Positions 39,833 to 50,929 of a stretch of 64,000 nt of DNA are shown here, piece after piece. Position 1 is the stretch's first letter. Each line of letters opens with the position of its first letter. The DNA lies in contig JAHEMF010000002.1 of assembly GCA_024643795.1 (NCBI GenBank), forward strand, positions 14-64,013. Direction: 5' to 3'. The notes under the pieces were generated by a model. That model was not told where the DNA came from and ran no database searches. It saw nothing but the letters and a program-made list of their open reading frames with translations. The position numbers and the translations under genes are program-made. The stretch is from Bacteroidota bacterium. GTDB taxonomy: Bacteria > Bacteroidota > Bacteroidia > AKYH767-A > OLB10.

Positions 39833-39840
39833 CAAATCTA
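39833..39840 (-). promoter_or_regulatory. Housekeeping -7 element upstream of the ECF gene (basal expression)
   Basis: TAGATTTG on the minus strand matches TAnnTTTG. Confidence 0.5.
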
Positions 39841-39910
39841 AGAATTAGGGCGTTAGGAAACAACCAGACCGCCCTTGGCATTGGTTAAAAAGCTATTTTT
39901 GCAGCCCCAT

Positions 39911-41698
39911 ATGGAAAACATCCGCAATTTCTGCATCATTGCCCACATCGATCACGGCAAAAGTACACTGGCCGACAGGCTGTTAGAGTTTACAAACACC
40001 GTAACGGCCCGTGACCTGCAGGCTCAGGTGCTCGATGATATGGACCTTGAAAGAGAGCGTGGTATCACCATAAAGAGCCATGCCATACAAATGGACTTCG
40101 AAAAACAGGGCATAAAATATGTCCTCAATCTCATTGATACTCCGGGTCACGTTGACTTTTCATATGAAGTTTCCCGCTCCATAGCAGCCTGTGAAGGAGC
40201 ACTGCTGGTAGTTGATGCCGCTCAGGGGATCCAGGCACAAACCATTTCAAACCTTTACCTGGCCCTTGAAAACGACCTGCACATTATTCCTGTGCTCAAT
40301 AAAATAGATCTTCCCAGCGCCGAGCCTGAGGTGGTGAAAGATCAGATAGTAGATCTTATTGGATGCGATAGAGATGAGATCATCCACGCAAGTGCCAAAA
40401 CAGGAATTGGTATAGAAGATATTCTCGATGCTATCATTAATCGGGTCCCTGCACCAACTGGTGACCCCAAAGCTCCTCTTAAAGCACTTATTTTTGATTC
40501 AGTATTTAATTCATTCCGAGGGATCATCGCTTATTTCAAAGTGATGGATGGTGAGATCCACAAAAATGACCTTGTGAAATTCGTGGCCACAGGAATGCAA
40601 TATGAGGCTGATGAAATAGGAATCCTTAAACTTGAAAAAACTCCAAAGCAGAAAATCGGAGCCGGCGATGTAGGGTATATCATTTCAGGGATCAAAGAAG
40701 CACGTGAAGTAAAAGTAGGAGATACCATTACTCACGTTAAGCGCCCATGCGAAAAAGCTGTCGAAGGATTTGAAGATGTAAAGCCCATGGTGTTTGCAGG
40801 AATTTATCCGGTTGACACCGATGAATATGAAGATCTGAGAACATCTATAGAGAAGCTTCAGCTTAACGATGCTTCCCTGGTGTTTGAACCTGAAGCCTCT
40901 GCAGCCCTTGGATTCGGATTTCGTTGTGGATTTTTAGGAATGCTCCACATGGAGATCATCCAGGAACGCCTCGAACGTGAGTTTGACATGACCGTCATTA
41001 CCACAGTGCCTAACGTATCATATCATGCATACCTTACAAGTGGTGATTTCATGGAAGTCAACAACCCTTCAGACTTTCCAGATCCCAGTAAACTGGACCG
41101 TATAGAAGAACCTTATATCAAAGCTACTATCATCACAAAGTCTGATTTCATCGGCTCTATCATGACACTTTGTATTGGTAAAAGAGGTATGCTTATCAAT
41201 CAAAGTTATCTTACAACCGACAGGGTGGAACTCATCTTTGAAATGCCATTGGCAGAGATCGTTTTCGATTTTTACGACAAATTAAAATCCATCTCCAAGG
41301 GTTATGCTTCGTTCGACTATCATCCTATCGGTTACAAACAAAGTCATCTGGTGCGACTTGATATCAGACTTAATGGTGATCCCGTTGATGCGCTTTCTGC
41401 ACTTATTCATCGCGACCACGCATATTCATTCGGTAAAAAGATGTGCGAAAAACTTAAAGAGCTTATCACACGTCAGCAGTTTGAGATCGCAATTCAGGCA
41501 TCTATCGGTTCCAAGATCATTGCACGAGAAACCGTTAAGGCCTTACGCAAAGATGTAACAGCAAAATGTTACGGCGGTGATATTTCACGTAAACGTAAGC
41601 TGCTCGAAAAACAAAAAGAAGGTAAAAAGCGTATGCGTCAGGTGGGTAGCATCGAAATACCTCAGCAGGCTTTTCTTGCGGTCCTTAAACTCGACTAA
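39911..41698 (+). CDS. lepA: Translation elongation factor 4
   Basis: [36 protein letters not shown] and [18 protein letters not shown] motifs; start ATG 39911 after TATTTTTG (39894-39901). Confidence 0.97.
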   Translation: MENIRNFCIIAHIDHGKSTLADRLLEFTNTVTARDLQAQVLDDMDLERERGITIKSHAIQMDFEKQGIKYVLNLIDTPGHVDFSYEVSRSIAACEGALLVVDAAQGIQAQTISNLYLALENDLHIIPVLNKIDLPSAEPEVVKDQIVDLIGCDRDEIIHASAKTGIGIEDILDAIINRVPAPTGDPKAPLKALIFDSVFNSFRGIIAYFKVMDGEIHKNDLVKFVATGMQYEADEIGILKLEKTPKQKIGAGDVGYIISGIKEAREVKVGDTITHVKRPCEKAVEGFEDVKPMVFAGIYPVDTDEYEDLRTSIEKLQLNDASLVFEPEASAALGFGFRCGFLGMLHMEIIQERLEREFDMTVITTVPNVSYHAYLTSGDFMEVNNPSDFPDPSKLDRIEEPYIKATIITKSDFIGSIMTLCIGKRGMLINQSYLTTDRVELIFEMPLAEIVFDFYDKLKSISKGYASFDYHPIGYKQSHLVRLDIRLNGDPVDALSALIHRDHAYSFGKKMCEKLKELITRQQFEIAIQASIGSKIIARETVKALRKDVTAKCYGGDISRKRKLLEKQKEGKKRMRQVGSIEIPQQAFLAVLKLD

Positions 41699-41709
41699 AT
41701 TATTTTTTT

Positions 41710-41823
41710 GGGCGTTCACTACGTAAACTGCCGTTACCGGCATTTACTTAGTGCCGGGTGCTCGCTATTACACGCCGCAACGCTTTGCGTGGTGGCGGGG
41801 TAATGCCACTCGCCCCCTAACGC
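41710..41823 (+). ncRNA. Flavo-1-like structured RNA or dispersed repeat element
   Basis: GGGCGTT...CCGGG..CGCTA...TGCCACT..CCCTAACGC framework with two long internal stems; resemblance to Flavo-1 is from memory, not a covariance-model search. Confidence 0.6.
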
Positions 41824-42265
41824 AGGTCTATTAACGTGAAGATGTTTTGTAGCAATTGTCAGGTTTTAAACGAAGCAAGTTGAATAGACCAGGTCTTATC
41901 TACTCAGGGTCCGCAGGCTTTTTTCACTCATAGGGTGATTCACCCAACCATCTGTTATGTTCACCAAACCCGCAAACTTCAATTACCATTTTATTTCATT
42001 CATTCACCGTGCTTCAACAAGTGTTTGCCAAATCTAGTGTCTGAATTGTTAACGTCAAGTCAGAATTTTATTGCTCAATAGAATCACCTACTACTTGTAT
42101 GCAGTCACCTACACACTCGGGTCATTAACCAAAAAAAAGTGAATTGATTAGGAAGTGGTTTATGCTGTTTCTAATTTGGTATTGCGGTTAATGATAAATC
42201 AACATACATACGTAACCGTTATCGTTCTTTTACATACTTGTTTCATAACCTTAAATCCTCCAGTT

Positions 42266-42517
42266 ATGAGAAGTAAACATGTACTCTTGTTTACGTTCGG
42301 ATTTATTCTGATCGTGCATTTTATTTATTTCAAGAACCTGGTTGAGTACTACGATAATTCTGTGGTGCAAGACAGGAACTATTATGACCTCATGCATGAT
42401 GCTGACAAAAAGGTAGATTTTATCACAGTTTCCGTTGACTCTACCCATCATGCAGCAAAAGATAGCGTTGAATCGGCAACATTTGCACCCACACGTGCTT
42501 CTGCTTCCTTCAACTGA
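42266..42517 (+). CDS. Small hypothetical membrane-anchored protein (83 aa)
   Basis: ATG 42266 gives MRSKHVLLFTFGFILIVHFIYF (TM) followed by a polar tail; hairpin terminator downstream. Confidence 0.5.
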   Translation: MRSKHVLLFTFGFILIVHFIYFKNLVEYYDNSVVQDRNYYDLMHDADKKVDFITVSVDSTHHAAKDSVESATFAPTRASASFN

Positions 42518-42588
42518 ATGATAGTATAGGGGTTTGTATTTTTTTTTGGGCGCATGCATTATGGTTTTTGCATGCCTTTTCAAAAATC

Positions 42589-42615
42589 AGGGGCCGGCAT
42601 CGCCGGCCCTTGTTT
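42589..42615. terminator. GC-rich hairpin terminator between convergent genes
   Basis: GGGCCGGC-ATC-GCCGGCCC. Confidence 0.7.
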
Positions 42616-43078
42616 ATTCAGGCGAGTTAACGAGCAGTTTGTGAAATCTCATAATAGTAATATCATCACTCAGTAAATTAAGTGTTGAGTCGTTACTCAT
42701 CTTCCACTTAGTTACCCGGCCAATGGTGGAGGTGAACAGATCTTCACCTTCAGCTCCGTCAACACACATTTTTCTCGTCATGGCCATATGGTCAGGTATG
42801 GATAATGTATACCCAGAAGCAACAAATGAACCTGTGTAATTATTACATCCGGCAAATCCGCTTATTCTTTGCTCGTTCTCATCAAATTTGATGGTAGGTG
42901 ATCCATTAGGATAGATTTGTTTCCATGGTAGATTATTATCAGTGATATATATCAGCTGCCAGCTACCTTCTAATTTAACTTCATTGCCTGATACAGCAGA
43001 ATTTAATTCTCCTGTTTTACACCCTGATACACATAAAAGAGTGCAAATTAAAGAAAGAGAGATCGTAAAGGTTTTCAT
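42614..43078 (-). CDS. META domain (HslJ-like) lipoprotein
   Basis: Lipobox VSGC; LEGSWQL, SGFAGCNNYTG and MTRKMC motifs. Confidence 0.85.
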   Translation of the reverse strand: MKTFTISLSLICTLLCVSGCKTGELNSAVSGNEVKLEGSWQLIYITDNNLPWKQIYPNGSPTIKFDENEQRISGFAGCNNYTGSFVASGYTLSIPDHMAMTRKMCVDGAEGEDLFTSTIGRVTKWKMSNDSTLNLLSDDITIMRFHKLLVNSPE

Positions 43079-43087
43079 AAAGGTCTT

Positions 43088-43537
43088 TTATATTAATTTT
43101 TCAAAACAAAAGCTAGTTTTCACATCCGCATATTGTCCGTAATTGGGAATGATAACATAATTTTTCTTTTTATACAAACCTATTGCTTCATGCTGATTGA
43201 TGCCGGTTTCCAATATACACTTGTTGTATCCAAGTTCTCCGGCCCAGATCTCAAGTTCATGCAGTATGCCTGACGCCAGACCTTTTCCTCTGAACTCCGG
43301 TTGTACATACATTCGTTTTATTTCCATAATAACTTCATCAAATTGTTTAATGGCACCGCAGCCAACCACATTATTGTTGATTGATGCCAGCACAACATGA
43401 TTTATTGTATCAACTTTATTATACTGAGCATAAAATGCATGGTCTTCTCCATCACGGATCTTCAGGTCAGCATCCAGTTCTTTTACAAGCTTATGAAAAT
43501 CTTTATGTTCTGAATCTGTTCTGAAGATATGGTTCAT
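43088..43537 (-). CDS. GNAT N-acetyltransferase
   Basis: EIKRMYV..RGKGLA, LETG..Q.EAIGLY and IPNYGQY motifs. Confidence 0.88.
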   Translation of the reverse strand: MNHIFRTDSEHKDFHKLVKELDADLKIRDGEDHAFYAQYNKVDTINHVVLASINNNVVGCGAIKQFDEVIMEIKRMYVQPEFRGKGLASGILHELEIWAGELGYNKCILETGINQHEAIGLYKKKNYVIIPNYGQYADVKTSFCFEKLI

Positions 43538-43558
43538 TGCTCATGCTGTTGAATTGAA

Positions 43559-46321
43559 TTAATGTGCTTCCAGCCAGTTCCTGCCTGTTCCTATCCCAAC
43601 TTCAATAGGTACCTCTAACTTGATCGCATTTTTCATCAGGTCTTCAACCAGTTTTTTCACCTCATCAACTTCATTCAGTGGAGTATCAAATACCAGTTCA
43701 TCATGCACCTGTAGTATCATCCTGGTTTGTAGCTTTCTCTGTTGCAGTTCTTTGTAAATATTGATCATTGCCACTTTGATCATATCAGCGGCTGATCCTT
43801 GGATGGGTGCATTGATGGCATTTCGCTCCGCAAAACCTCTTACAACTGCGTTCGCCGAATTGATGTCGCGCAAATGTCGTCTACGTCCGAGTATTGTTTC
43901 AACATACCCATGTTTTCTTGCAAACTCAATACTTCCATCCATGTATTTTTTGATGGTAGGGAACTGTATGAAATAATTTTCAATGATGGACGCAGCCTCC
44001 TTACGGGGTATGTTCAGCCGTTGTGATAAGCCGAAAGCACTGATGCCATATATGATTCCGAAATTCACCATTTTAGCACTGCGCCGCATCTCATCTGTTA
44101 CATCTTTTAGTTCTACTTCAAAAACCTTAGAGGCTGTAGAGGTATGAATATCTATCCCTTTTTTAAACGCATCAATCATGCTAGGGTCTTTACTCAATGC
44201 TGCTATGATCCTCAATTCTATCTGCGAATAATCGGCTGACAATAGAATGTATTTATCGTTTCTTGAAACAAATGCTTTTCGCACCTCTCTGCCCTTTTCT
44301 GTGCGTATTGGAATATTTTGCAGATTCGGATTATTTGAACTTAGTCGTCCGGTAGCTGCAACAGCTTGCTGGTATGAAGTGTGAATGCGCCCGGTTCGGG
44401 GGTTTACCATCTCGGGTAACGTATCTACATAGGTGTTCTTGAGTTTAACCAGTTGCCTGAACTCAAGCACCATCTCAACTATCTTATGCCTGTCTGAGAT
44501 CTTTGAAAGCACATCTTCACCGGTAGCATATTGTCCGGTTTTGGTTTTCTTGGCCTTGGGGTCTATCTTAAGCTTATCAAATAAGATCTCACCTAATTGT
44601 TTCGGACTTGCAATGTTGAATTCCTCGCCGGCTTCTTGATATATTTTCTTTTCAATTTTTATAATATCCTTCTCTAGTTCTGAAGAAAATTCTTTTAGGG
44701 CAACTGGGTCAATTGCAACTCCTTCGGTTTCCATAGATGCCAGAACAGGTATCAATGGCATTTCAACTTCGCTGAAAAGTTTAGTAAGTTTATTTTTTTT
44801 CAGGTCGGGTTCAAACACTTCTTTGAGTTGTAAAGTTATATCAGCATCCTCGGCTGCGTATTCAACCACCTGTTCAACAGGAACCTCGCGCATGCTCAAC
44901 TGGCCTTTTCTTTTTTCGCCTATCAGTGTTTCAATTGAAACCGGTTTGTAATTCAAATAAACTTCTGATAAAAGATTCATATTGTGCCTCATGTCGGGCT
45001 CTATGAGATAATGGGCCATCATGGTGTCAAACAAAGGTCCTTTCACCTCAATATCATACCAGCGCAACATCATCATATCGTATTTGATATTTTGTCCGCA
45101 TTTTTCAATGGACAAGTCTTCAAATATATGTTTGAACTGCGATACTAGTTTGTGCGCATCATCATAGTTGTCGGGAACCGGTACATACCATGCCTCATAA
45201 GGTTTCAGCGCAAATGACATACCTACAAGTTCAGCCTGGTTGGCATCTATATCAGTGGTCTCCGTGTCAAAACAAATCAGTTTGCTTTTCTCAAGTTTCT
45301 TAATGAGAGCAGTGATTTCTTTTTCAGTGTTTGTCAAATGATACTTGTGCTCTACCGTTAAGATGGTCAAAGGTTCATTTGCGGGAGCTTCTTCAGTTGT
45401 TTCATCATCAAATAATGCAGATTGTTGCCCGTTGCTGATAGATACATCTTCATCAAGTACTCTTTTGGAAAGTTGCCTGAACTCAAGTTCGGCAAATACT
45501 TCACGTATTTTATCTTTATCAACTTCTTCTAACCTGAGATCTTTTTCATCAAACTTGACCGGTACATCGGTAATGATGGTTGCCAGTTCTTTTGATAACA
45601 ATGCCTTGTCACTGTTATCTCTTACCTTTTCTGCCAGCTTTCCTTTTAATTTGTCAGCATTAGCTATTACATTTTCTACATTATCATATTCGGCCAATAA
45701 CTGGCGGGCGGTTTTTTCACCTACACCCGGTATTCCAGGAATATTATCTGCTGAGTCGCCCCATAATCCCAGCATATCAATCACCTGATCTACACGTTTC
45801 ACCCCAAATTTTTCAAGTACTTCGGCCACACCCAGCACCTCCGCTTTGTTTCCAAACGAAGCCGGTTTATAGATCTTGATATGCTCACTCACAAGCTGTC
45901 CGAAATCTTTGTCAGGTGTCATCATGAAAACCTCAAAGCCATTTTTCTCAGCTTCCTTTGCTAGTGTACCTATTACATCGTCAGCTTCATAACCATCACA
46001 CATGATCACAGGTATGCGAAAGCCTTCCAGTATCTTTTGCACATACGGAATAGATGTTTCAAGGTCTTCAGGCATAGCTTCACGATGTGCCTTGTAATCT
46101 GCATATCCTTCATGGCGAGCTGTAGGAGCCATGGTGTCAAACGCTACGGCAATGTGGGTGGGTTTTTCATTCTTGAGTACATCAAGCAATGTATTGGTGA
46201 ATCCGAACATGGCCGATGTGTTCAATCCTTTGCTATTAATTCTGGGATTTTTACTGAAAGCAAAATATGCACGATAAATAAGTGCCATTGCATCCAGCAG
46301 AAATAATTTCTTTTCTTTCAT
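43559..46321 (-). CDS. polA: DNA polymerase I
   Basis: 5'-3' exonuclease (YEADDVIGT, DNIPG), 3'-5' exonuclease (FDTET), polymerase motifs DYSQIELR, AKMVNFGIIYG and QVHDEL. Confidence 0.97.
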   Translation of the reverse strand: MKEKKLFLLDAMALIYRAYFAFSKNPRINSKGLNTSAMFGFTNTLLDVLKNEKPTHIAVAFDTMAPTARHEGYADYKAHREAMPEDLETSIPYVQKILEGFRIPVIMCDGYEADDVIGTLAKEAEKNGFEVFMMTPDKDFGQLVSEHIKIYKPASFGNKAEVLGVAEVLEKFGVKRVDQVIDMLGLWGDSADNIPGIPGVGEKTARQLLAEYDNVENVIANADKLKGKLAEKVRDNSDKALLSKELATIITDVPVKFDEKDLRLEEVDKDKIREVFAELEFRQLSKRVLDEDVSISNGQQSALFDDETTEEAPANEPLTILTVEHKYHLTNTEKEITALIKKLEKSKLICFDTETTDIDANQAELVGMSFALKPYEAWYVPVPDNYDDAHKLVSQFKHIFEDLSIEKCGQNIKYDMMMLRWYDIEVKGPLFDTMMAHYLIEPDMRHNMNLLSEVYLNYKPVSIETLIGEKRKGQLSMREVPVEQVVEYAAEDADITLQLKEVFEPDLKKNKLTKLFSEVEMPLIPVLASMETEGVAIDPVALKEFSSELEKDIIKIEKKIYQEAGEEFNIASPKQLGEILFDKLKIDPKAKKTKTGQYATGEDVLSKISDRHKIVEMVLEFRQLVKLKNTYVDTLPEMVNPRTGRIHTSYQQAVAATGRLSSNNPNLQNIPIRTEKGREVRKAFVSRNDKYILLSADYSQIELRIIAALSKDPSMIDAFKKGIDIHTSTASKVFEVELKDVTDEMRRSAKMVNFGIIYGISAFGLSQRLNIPRKEAASIIENYFIQFPTIKKYMDGSIEFARKHGYVETILGRRRHLRDINSANAVVRGFAERNAINAPIQGSAADMIKVAMINIYKELQQRKLQTRMILQVHDELVFDTPLNEVDEVKKLVEDLMKNAIKLEVPIEVGIGTGRNWLEAH

Positions 46322-46353
46322 CAGTTATAATTAATATTCAACAAAGCTAATGA

Positions 46354-47526
46354 TTACACTTTCTTGGTTCTTAAACTTTCGATGGCTTGTTTCAGTTTTG
46401 TGACAGCAATTTCTATTTCAGTATCTGTGGTGGATCTGCCTAAGCTTATCCTGATAGAATTTTTACATTCTGCATCAGATAGTCCCATAGCCTTTAAAAC
46501 ATGTGACGGCTGCGGTAGTTCTGAAGTGCAGGCAGAGCCTGATGAGATACACAGTTCCGGTATCGCAGTCATCAGTTGCTCATTATGAACACCGGCGATC
46601 TTTAAACTTGTTGTATTGGGTAAACGGTCTCGTACATCCCCGTTGATGTGGATGCCGCCACACGACTCAAGCATTTGTTCAAGCGTTGTGCGTTGTTTTG
46701 ACATTCGGGCTGAATCATCCCACTGTTCTGATAAACAAAGTTCCATTGCATGTGCCATACCTACAATTCCGGGTACATTCTGGGTTCCCGGACGAATACC
46801 TTTCTCATGACCTCCGCCAAACATGATCGGTTTTAATGCCACCCGCGGATCTTTCCTCCGTAAATAAAGTGCTCCAACACCTTTTGGTCCGTAAAATTTG
46901 TGTGCGGAGATACATGCTGCATCAATGTTCAATTCGTTCACATCAAATCTTATTTTTCCGATCGCCTGTGTTGCATCACAAAACAAAATGCTGTTGGCTC
47001 TATGAACAATATCGGCAACTTCTTTGACCGGATTGATGTATCCTGTTTCATTGTTGGCGGCCATCAGCGCCACAAAGATCGTGTCGCCGGATATTATTGA
47101 TTTTAGTTTTTCAAGATCGGGTGCTCCGTTTCTGCTCACCGGAAGAATTGATATTCTAAAGCCTTCCGATTCAAGATGAGTCAATGTTTCAATTACTGCC
47201 TTGTGTTCTGTAGCCCAGGTTATGATATGGTTACCTTTAGAGCGGTAGGCTTCAGCCATCCCCGTAAGGGCCATGTTGACAGACTCCGTGGCTCCTGAAG
47301 TAAATATTATCTCGCCGGGTTCCGCTCCAACGCCCATGGCCAACTTTTCTCTTGATCGTGCAATCGCATGAGCTGCCTCCCGACCTGCCATATGGGTTTT
47401 GGAGGCCGCATTACCAAAATTGACCGTAAACCAGGGTAACATGCTTTCCAGCACCCTTTGATCAACAGGTGTGGTGGCATTGTGGTCAAAGTAAATAAGT
47501 CCGGAATTTGAGGGCTTTTCAGACAT
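46354..47526 (-). CDS. iscS: Cysteine desulfurase (IscS/NifS class)
   Basis: YFDHNATTP, FTSGATES, SAHKFYGPKG (PLP Lys) and SSGSACTS (catalytic Cys); start moved to ATG 47526. Confidence 0.88.
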   Translation of the reverse strand: MSEKPSNSGLIYFDHNATTPVDQRVLESMLPWFTVNFGNAASKTHMAGREAAHAIARSREKLAMGVGAEPGEIIFTSGATESVNMALTGMAEAYRSKGNHIITWATEHKAVIETLTHLESEGFRISILPVSRNGAPDLEKLKSIISGDTIFVALMAANNETGYINPVKEVADIVHRANSILFCDATQAIGKIRFDVNELNIDAACISAHKFYGPKGVGALYLRRKDPRVALKPIMFGGGHEKGIRPGTQNVPGIVGMAHAMELCLSEQWDDSARMSKQRTTLEQMLESCGGIHINGDVRDRLPNTTSLKIAGVHNEQLMTAIPELCISSGSACTSELPQPSHVLKAMGLSDAECKNSIRISLGRSTTDTEIEIAVTKLKQAIESLRTKKV

Positions 47527-47613
47527 TGAATACAAAGGTAATCAAGCCTTTGAGCATGAGGTAACATCATCTTATTTCAGTACCTTTACCTGCTGCTCTT
47601 GGCAGTTTGGTCG

Positions 47614-50058
47614 ATGTTTCGATTTATAGCTCGTATCATATTGAGAAACAGGAGGTTACTCCTCCTGATATTTGCGTTGGTAACCGTCTTATTCGGTTAT
47701 TTTGCCACGCGGATCACTTTGTCGTACGAGTTTGCTAAAGTACTCCCTGCCGATGATCCTTATTTTAAGGAATATGAGCAGTTTAAATCAACTTTTGGGG
47801 AAGATGGCAGTGTGATGGTCATTGGTGTAAGAGACCAGGACTTTTATACTGTTAATACTTTCAACGAATGGTACCAGCTTGGAGAGAAAGTCAAAGCTAT
47901 CGATGGTATTGAAACGGTTGTTTCAGTTTCACATCTCTATACTGTAAAAGCCAACCATGAAGAGCGAAAGTTTGATCTAGAACCTATTGTTAAAGGAACA
48001 GTTCAAAATCAAACTCAGCTCGATAGTCTGAAAGAGGCATTGATGAACATGCCATTTTATCAGGGCATGATAATCAGTGAAGATGGTGAAGCAACTTTAA
48101 TGGCTCTCACTTTTGATAAGAAAAAACTGAATAGCAGATCACGGATAGATATTGTTGACCAGGTAAAAGCATACACACGTGAATTCAAAGAGAATACAGG
48201 ACTTGATATTCACATATCAGGACTGCCATATATCCGCACCGCTATAGCTTCTAAAGTGTCGAATGAGTTAAAGCTGTTTTTACTACTTGCAATTTTCGTT
48301 TGTTCTGCCATTCTATATTTCTTTTTCCGATCGCACCGGGTAGTATTCTTCAGCGTAATGGTTGTAATGGTAGCAGTAGTATGGTCGGTTGGGATTATTG
48401 TTTTACTGGGATATAAGATCACCATCCTTACTGGTCTCATACCGCCATTGATCATTGTAATTGGAATACCCAACAGTATATTACTGCTCAACAAATATCA
48501 CAGTGAATTCAGGATCCATGGTAATAAGATTAAGGCGCTTGCGCGGATGATCCAGCGGATCGGATTTACAACTTTCCTAGCTAACTTCACCACAGCTATT
48601 GGTTTTGGTGTGTTTTACTTTACACACAGCACTATTTTAATGGAATTCGGGTTGGTTGCTGCATTGAATGTAATGCTCACCTATTTGATCTCGCTGGTCC
48701 TAATACCTATTGCTTTCAGTTTTCTTCCACCACCTGACCTGAAGCATATCAGTCATCTGAAAGCTCCTAGACTTAATAAGTTACTTGAAAAGATCGACAT
48801 CCTTGTTAATCATAAGACCGCACTTGTATTTATTACAGTTGGAACCGTGATAGTGATCTCTGTATTTGGCATGTTAAAATTAAGGTCAGTTGGTTATGTT
48901 GTTGATGATCTGCCTAAAGATGATCCGGTTTACCTAGACATGAAGTTTTTTGAGTCAAACTTCAACGGTGTGTTGCCATTAGAGATCTCAATTGACACCC
49001 ATGAGCCCGGTATGGCTTTGGATCAGTTGAACCTTCAAAAGATCAGTCGGCTTGAAAAGGTGCTTGATAAATATGATGAACTGTCAAAGCCTGTCGCAAT
49101 AGTTGATGCAATTAAATTCTCTTACCAATCGTACCGTGGAGGGGAGTCACGCTTTTATGTTCTTCCCGGCAGCCTGGACCTGGCAGAAATGGCATCTTAT
49201 ATTGAAGCCGACAGCAAGCAAAAGACCCAAATGTTCAAGTCGTTCATCGATTCAACCAGAAGATATACAAGAGTTAGTGTTCAGATGGCGGATATAGGCT
49301 CTGTAAAGATGGAAGGTTTGCTGAATGAGATCAGGCCTCGTATCGATTCAATCTTTGATCCTTCTGAATATAAGGTTGCAGTAACAGGTAATAGTTTGAT
49401 CTTTTTGAAAGGTAATGAGTATCTGTTCTCCAATTTGATGGAAAGTATCATACTTGCCATCGTACTTATTTCAATCATCATGTTTATGTTATTTATGAGT
49501 TTTCGCATGATCACGGTGAGCATCCTGCCAAGTCTGATACCATTGTTGATAACGGCCGGGATTATGGGCTATTTTAATATCCCGTTAAAGCCATCCACAA
49601 TCCTCATCTTTAGTATTGCATTTGGAATATCTTCTGATGGCACTATTTATTTCCTTACAAAATACCGTCAAGAACTTCTGAACTTCCCGTTAAGCATTTC
49701 CAAAGCAGTATCAGTTACAATCAGGGAGACCGGAGTTAGTATGATATATACCGCAGTAATCCTGTTTTTTGGTTTCTTTATTTTTTCTGCCTCAGGCTTT
49801 GGAGGTACACGTTCCTTAGGAATTTTGATATCCATCACGTTATTGGTAGCAATGTTATCTAACCTGGTATTGTTACCTGCGTTACTTATATCGCTGGAAC
49901 GCAGACTCACTACACGCGCATTTTTGTCAGAGCCTTTACTTCAGATCTTTAATGAAGAAGAAGATATTGAATTGGATGACCTTGAGATCAGAAAGGTTGA
50001 TCTTGGTGGTAATGGTGAATCCCCGGAAAAGTCAAAAGAGAAAATAGAAGAAAGTTAA
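47614..50058 (+). CDS. MMPL/RND family transporter
   Basis: Two repeats of one TM helix, a periplasmic domain and five TM helices; [15 protein letters not shown] motif. Confidence 0.88.
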   Translation: MFRFIARIILRNRRLLLLIFALVTVLFGYFATRITLSYEFAKVLPADDPYFKEYEQFKSTFGEDGSVMVIGVRDQDFYTVNTFNEWYQLGEKVKAIDGIETVVSVSHLYTVKANHEERKFDLEPIVKGTVQNQTQLDSLKEALMNMPFYQGMIISEDGEATLMALTFDKKKLNSRSRIDIVDQVKAYTREFKENTGLDIHISGLPYIRTAIASKVSNELKLFLLLAIFVCSAILYFFFRSHRVVFFSVMVVMVAVVWSVGIIVLLGYKITILTGLIPPLIIVIGIPNSILLLNKYHSEFRIHGNKIKALARMIQRIGFTTFLANFTTAIGFGVFYFTHSTILMEFGLVAALNVMLTYLISLVLIPIAFSFLPPPDLKHISHLKAPRLNKLLEKIDILVNHKTALVFITVGTVIVISVFGMLKLRSVGYVVDDLPKDDPVYLDMKFFESNFNGVLPLEISIDTHEPGMALDQLNLQKISRLEKVLDKYDELSKPVAIVDAIKFSYQSYRGGESRFYVLPGSLDLAEMASYIEADSKQKTQMFKSFIDSTRRYTRVSVQMADIGSVKMEGLLNEIRPRIDSIFDPSEYKVAVTGNSLIFLKGNEYLFSNLMESIILAIVLISIIMFMLFMSFRMITVSILPSLIPLLITAGIMGYFNIPLKPSTILIFSIAFGISSDGTIYFLTKYRQELLNFPLSISKAVSVTIRETGVSMIYTAVILFFGFFIFSASGFGGTRSLGILISITLLVAMLSNLVLLPALLISLERRLTTRAFLSEPLLQIFNEEEDIELDDLEIRKVDLGGNGESPEKSKEKIEES

Positions 50059-50066
50059 TTGTATAT

Positions 50067-50924
50067 ATGAAAGGAATTATTCTGGCAGGAGGTTCTGGCA
50101 CAAGATTGCATCCGTTAACGGTTGCAATGAGTAAGCAGCTTATGCCCGTTTACGACAAGCCAATGATATATTATCCATTGTCTGTTTTAATGATGGCAGG
50201 TATCAGAGAGGTGCTGATCATTTCAACACCACATGATTTACCATTATTTGAAAAACTACTTGGAGATGGTTCAGCATTAGGGTGCAAGTTCATGTACGAA
50301 GTTCAGGAAGTTCCAAACGGACTTGCTCAGGCATTTGTGATTGGCGAAAAATTTATAGGCAACGATAATGTTGCACTGATATTGGGTGATAATATCTTTT
50401 ATGGATCAGGATTGCAAAAAACATTGGAACAAAATATTAATCCTGATGGCGGGGTAGTATTTGCTTACCATGTTTCAGATCCTGAAAGATATGGTGTCGT
50501 AGAGTTCAACAGCGACCACCAAGCTGTTTCCATTGAAGAAAAACCTAAATCCCCTAAATCTAATTTTGCCGTACCCGGATTGTATTTTTACGACAATGAA
50601 GTTGTTGCTATCGCAAAGGGTCTTGAGCCAAGTGCCCGCGGTGAATATGAGATAACTGATATCAATAAGGAATACCTGCGCAGGGGAAAGCTGAAAGTAG
50701 GGATGCTGAGTCGTGGTACTGCATGGCTTGATACCGGCACTTTTAATTCTTTATTGCAAGCTGCATTGTTTGTTCAGGTAATTGAAGAACGACAAGGACT
50801 AAAGATAGGTTGTATTGAAGAGATAGCATATAGAAAAGGATTTATAGATCACAAAAAACTTAACGAACTCGCTAAGCCGTTATTAAAAAGCGGATATGGT
50901 GAGTATTTGTTAAAATTAAACTGA
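50067..50924 (+). CDS. rfbA: Glucose-1-phosphate thymidylyltransferase
   Basis: [38 protein letters not shown] and WLDTGT motifs. Confidence 0.95.
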   Translation: MKGIILAGGSGTRLHPLTVAMSKQLMPVYDKPMIYYPLSVLMMAGIREVLIISTPHDLPLFEKLLGDGSALGCKFMYEVQEVPNGLAQAFVIGEKFIGNDNVALILGDNIFYGSGLQKTLEQNINPDGGVVFAYHVSDPERYGVVEFNSDHQAVSIEEKPKSPKSNFAVPGLYFYDNEVVAIAKGLEPSARGEYEITDINKEYLRRGKLKVGMLSRGTAWLDTGTFNSLLQAALFVQVIEERQGLKIGCIEEIAYRKGFIDHKKLNELAKPLLKSGYGEYLLKLN

Positions 50925-50929
50925 AGCAA

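Noticed and set aside
42251-42583. 110-aa minus-strand ORF
   Set aside because: Antisense to the more plausible TM-bearing plus-strand ORF; no recognisable motifs
45345-45788. 147-aa plus-strand ORF and other short overlapping ORFs in the track
   Set aside because: Antisense or alternative-frame shadows of well-supported genes (here polA), with low-information translations
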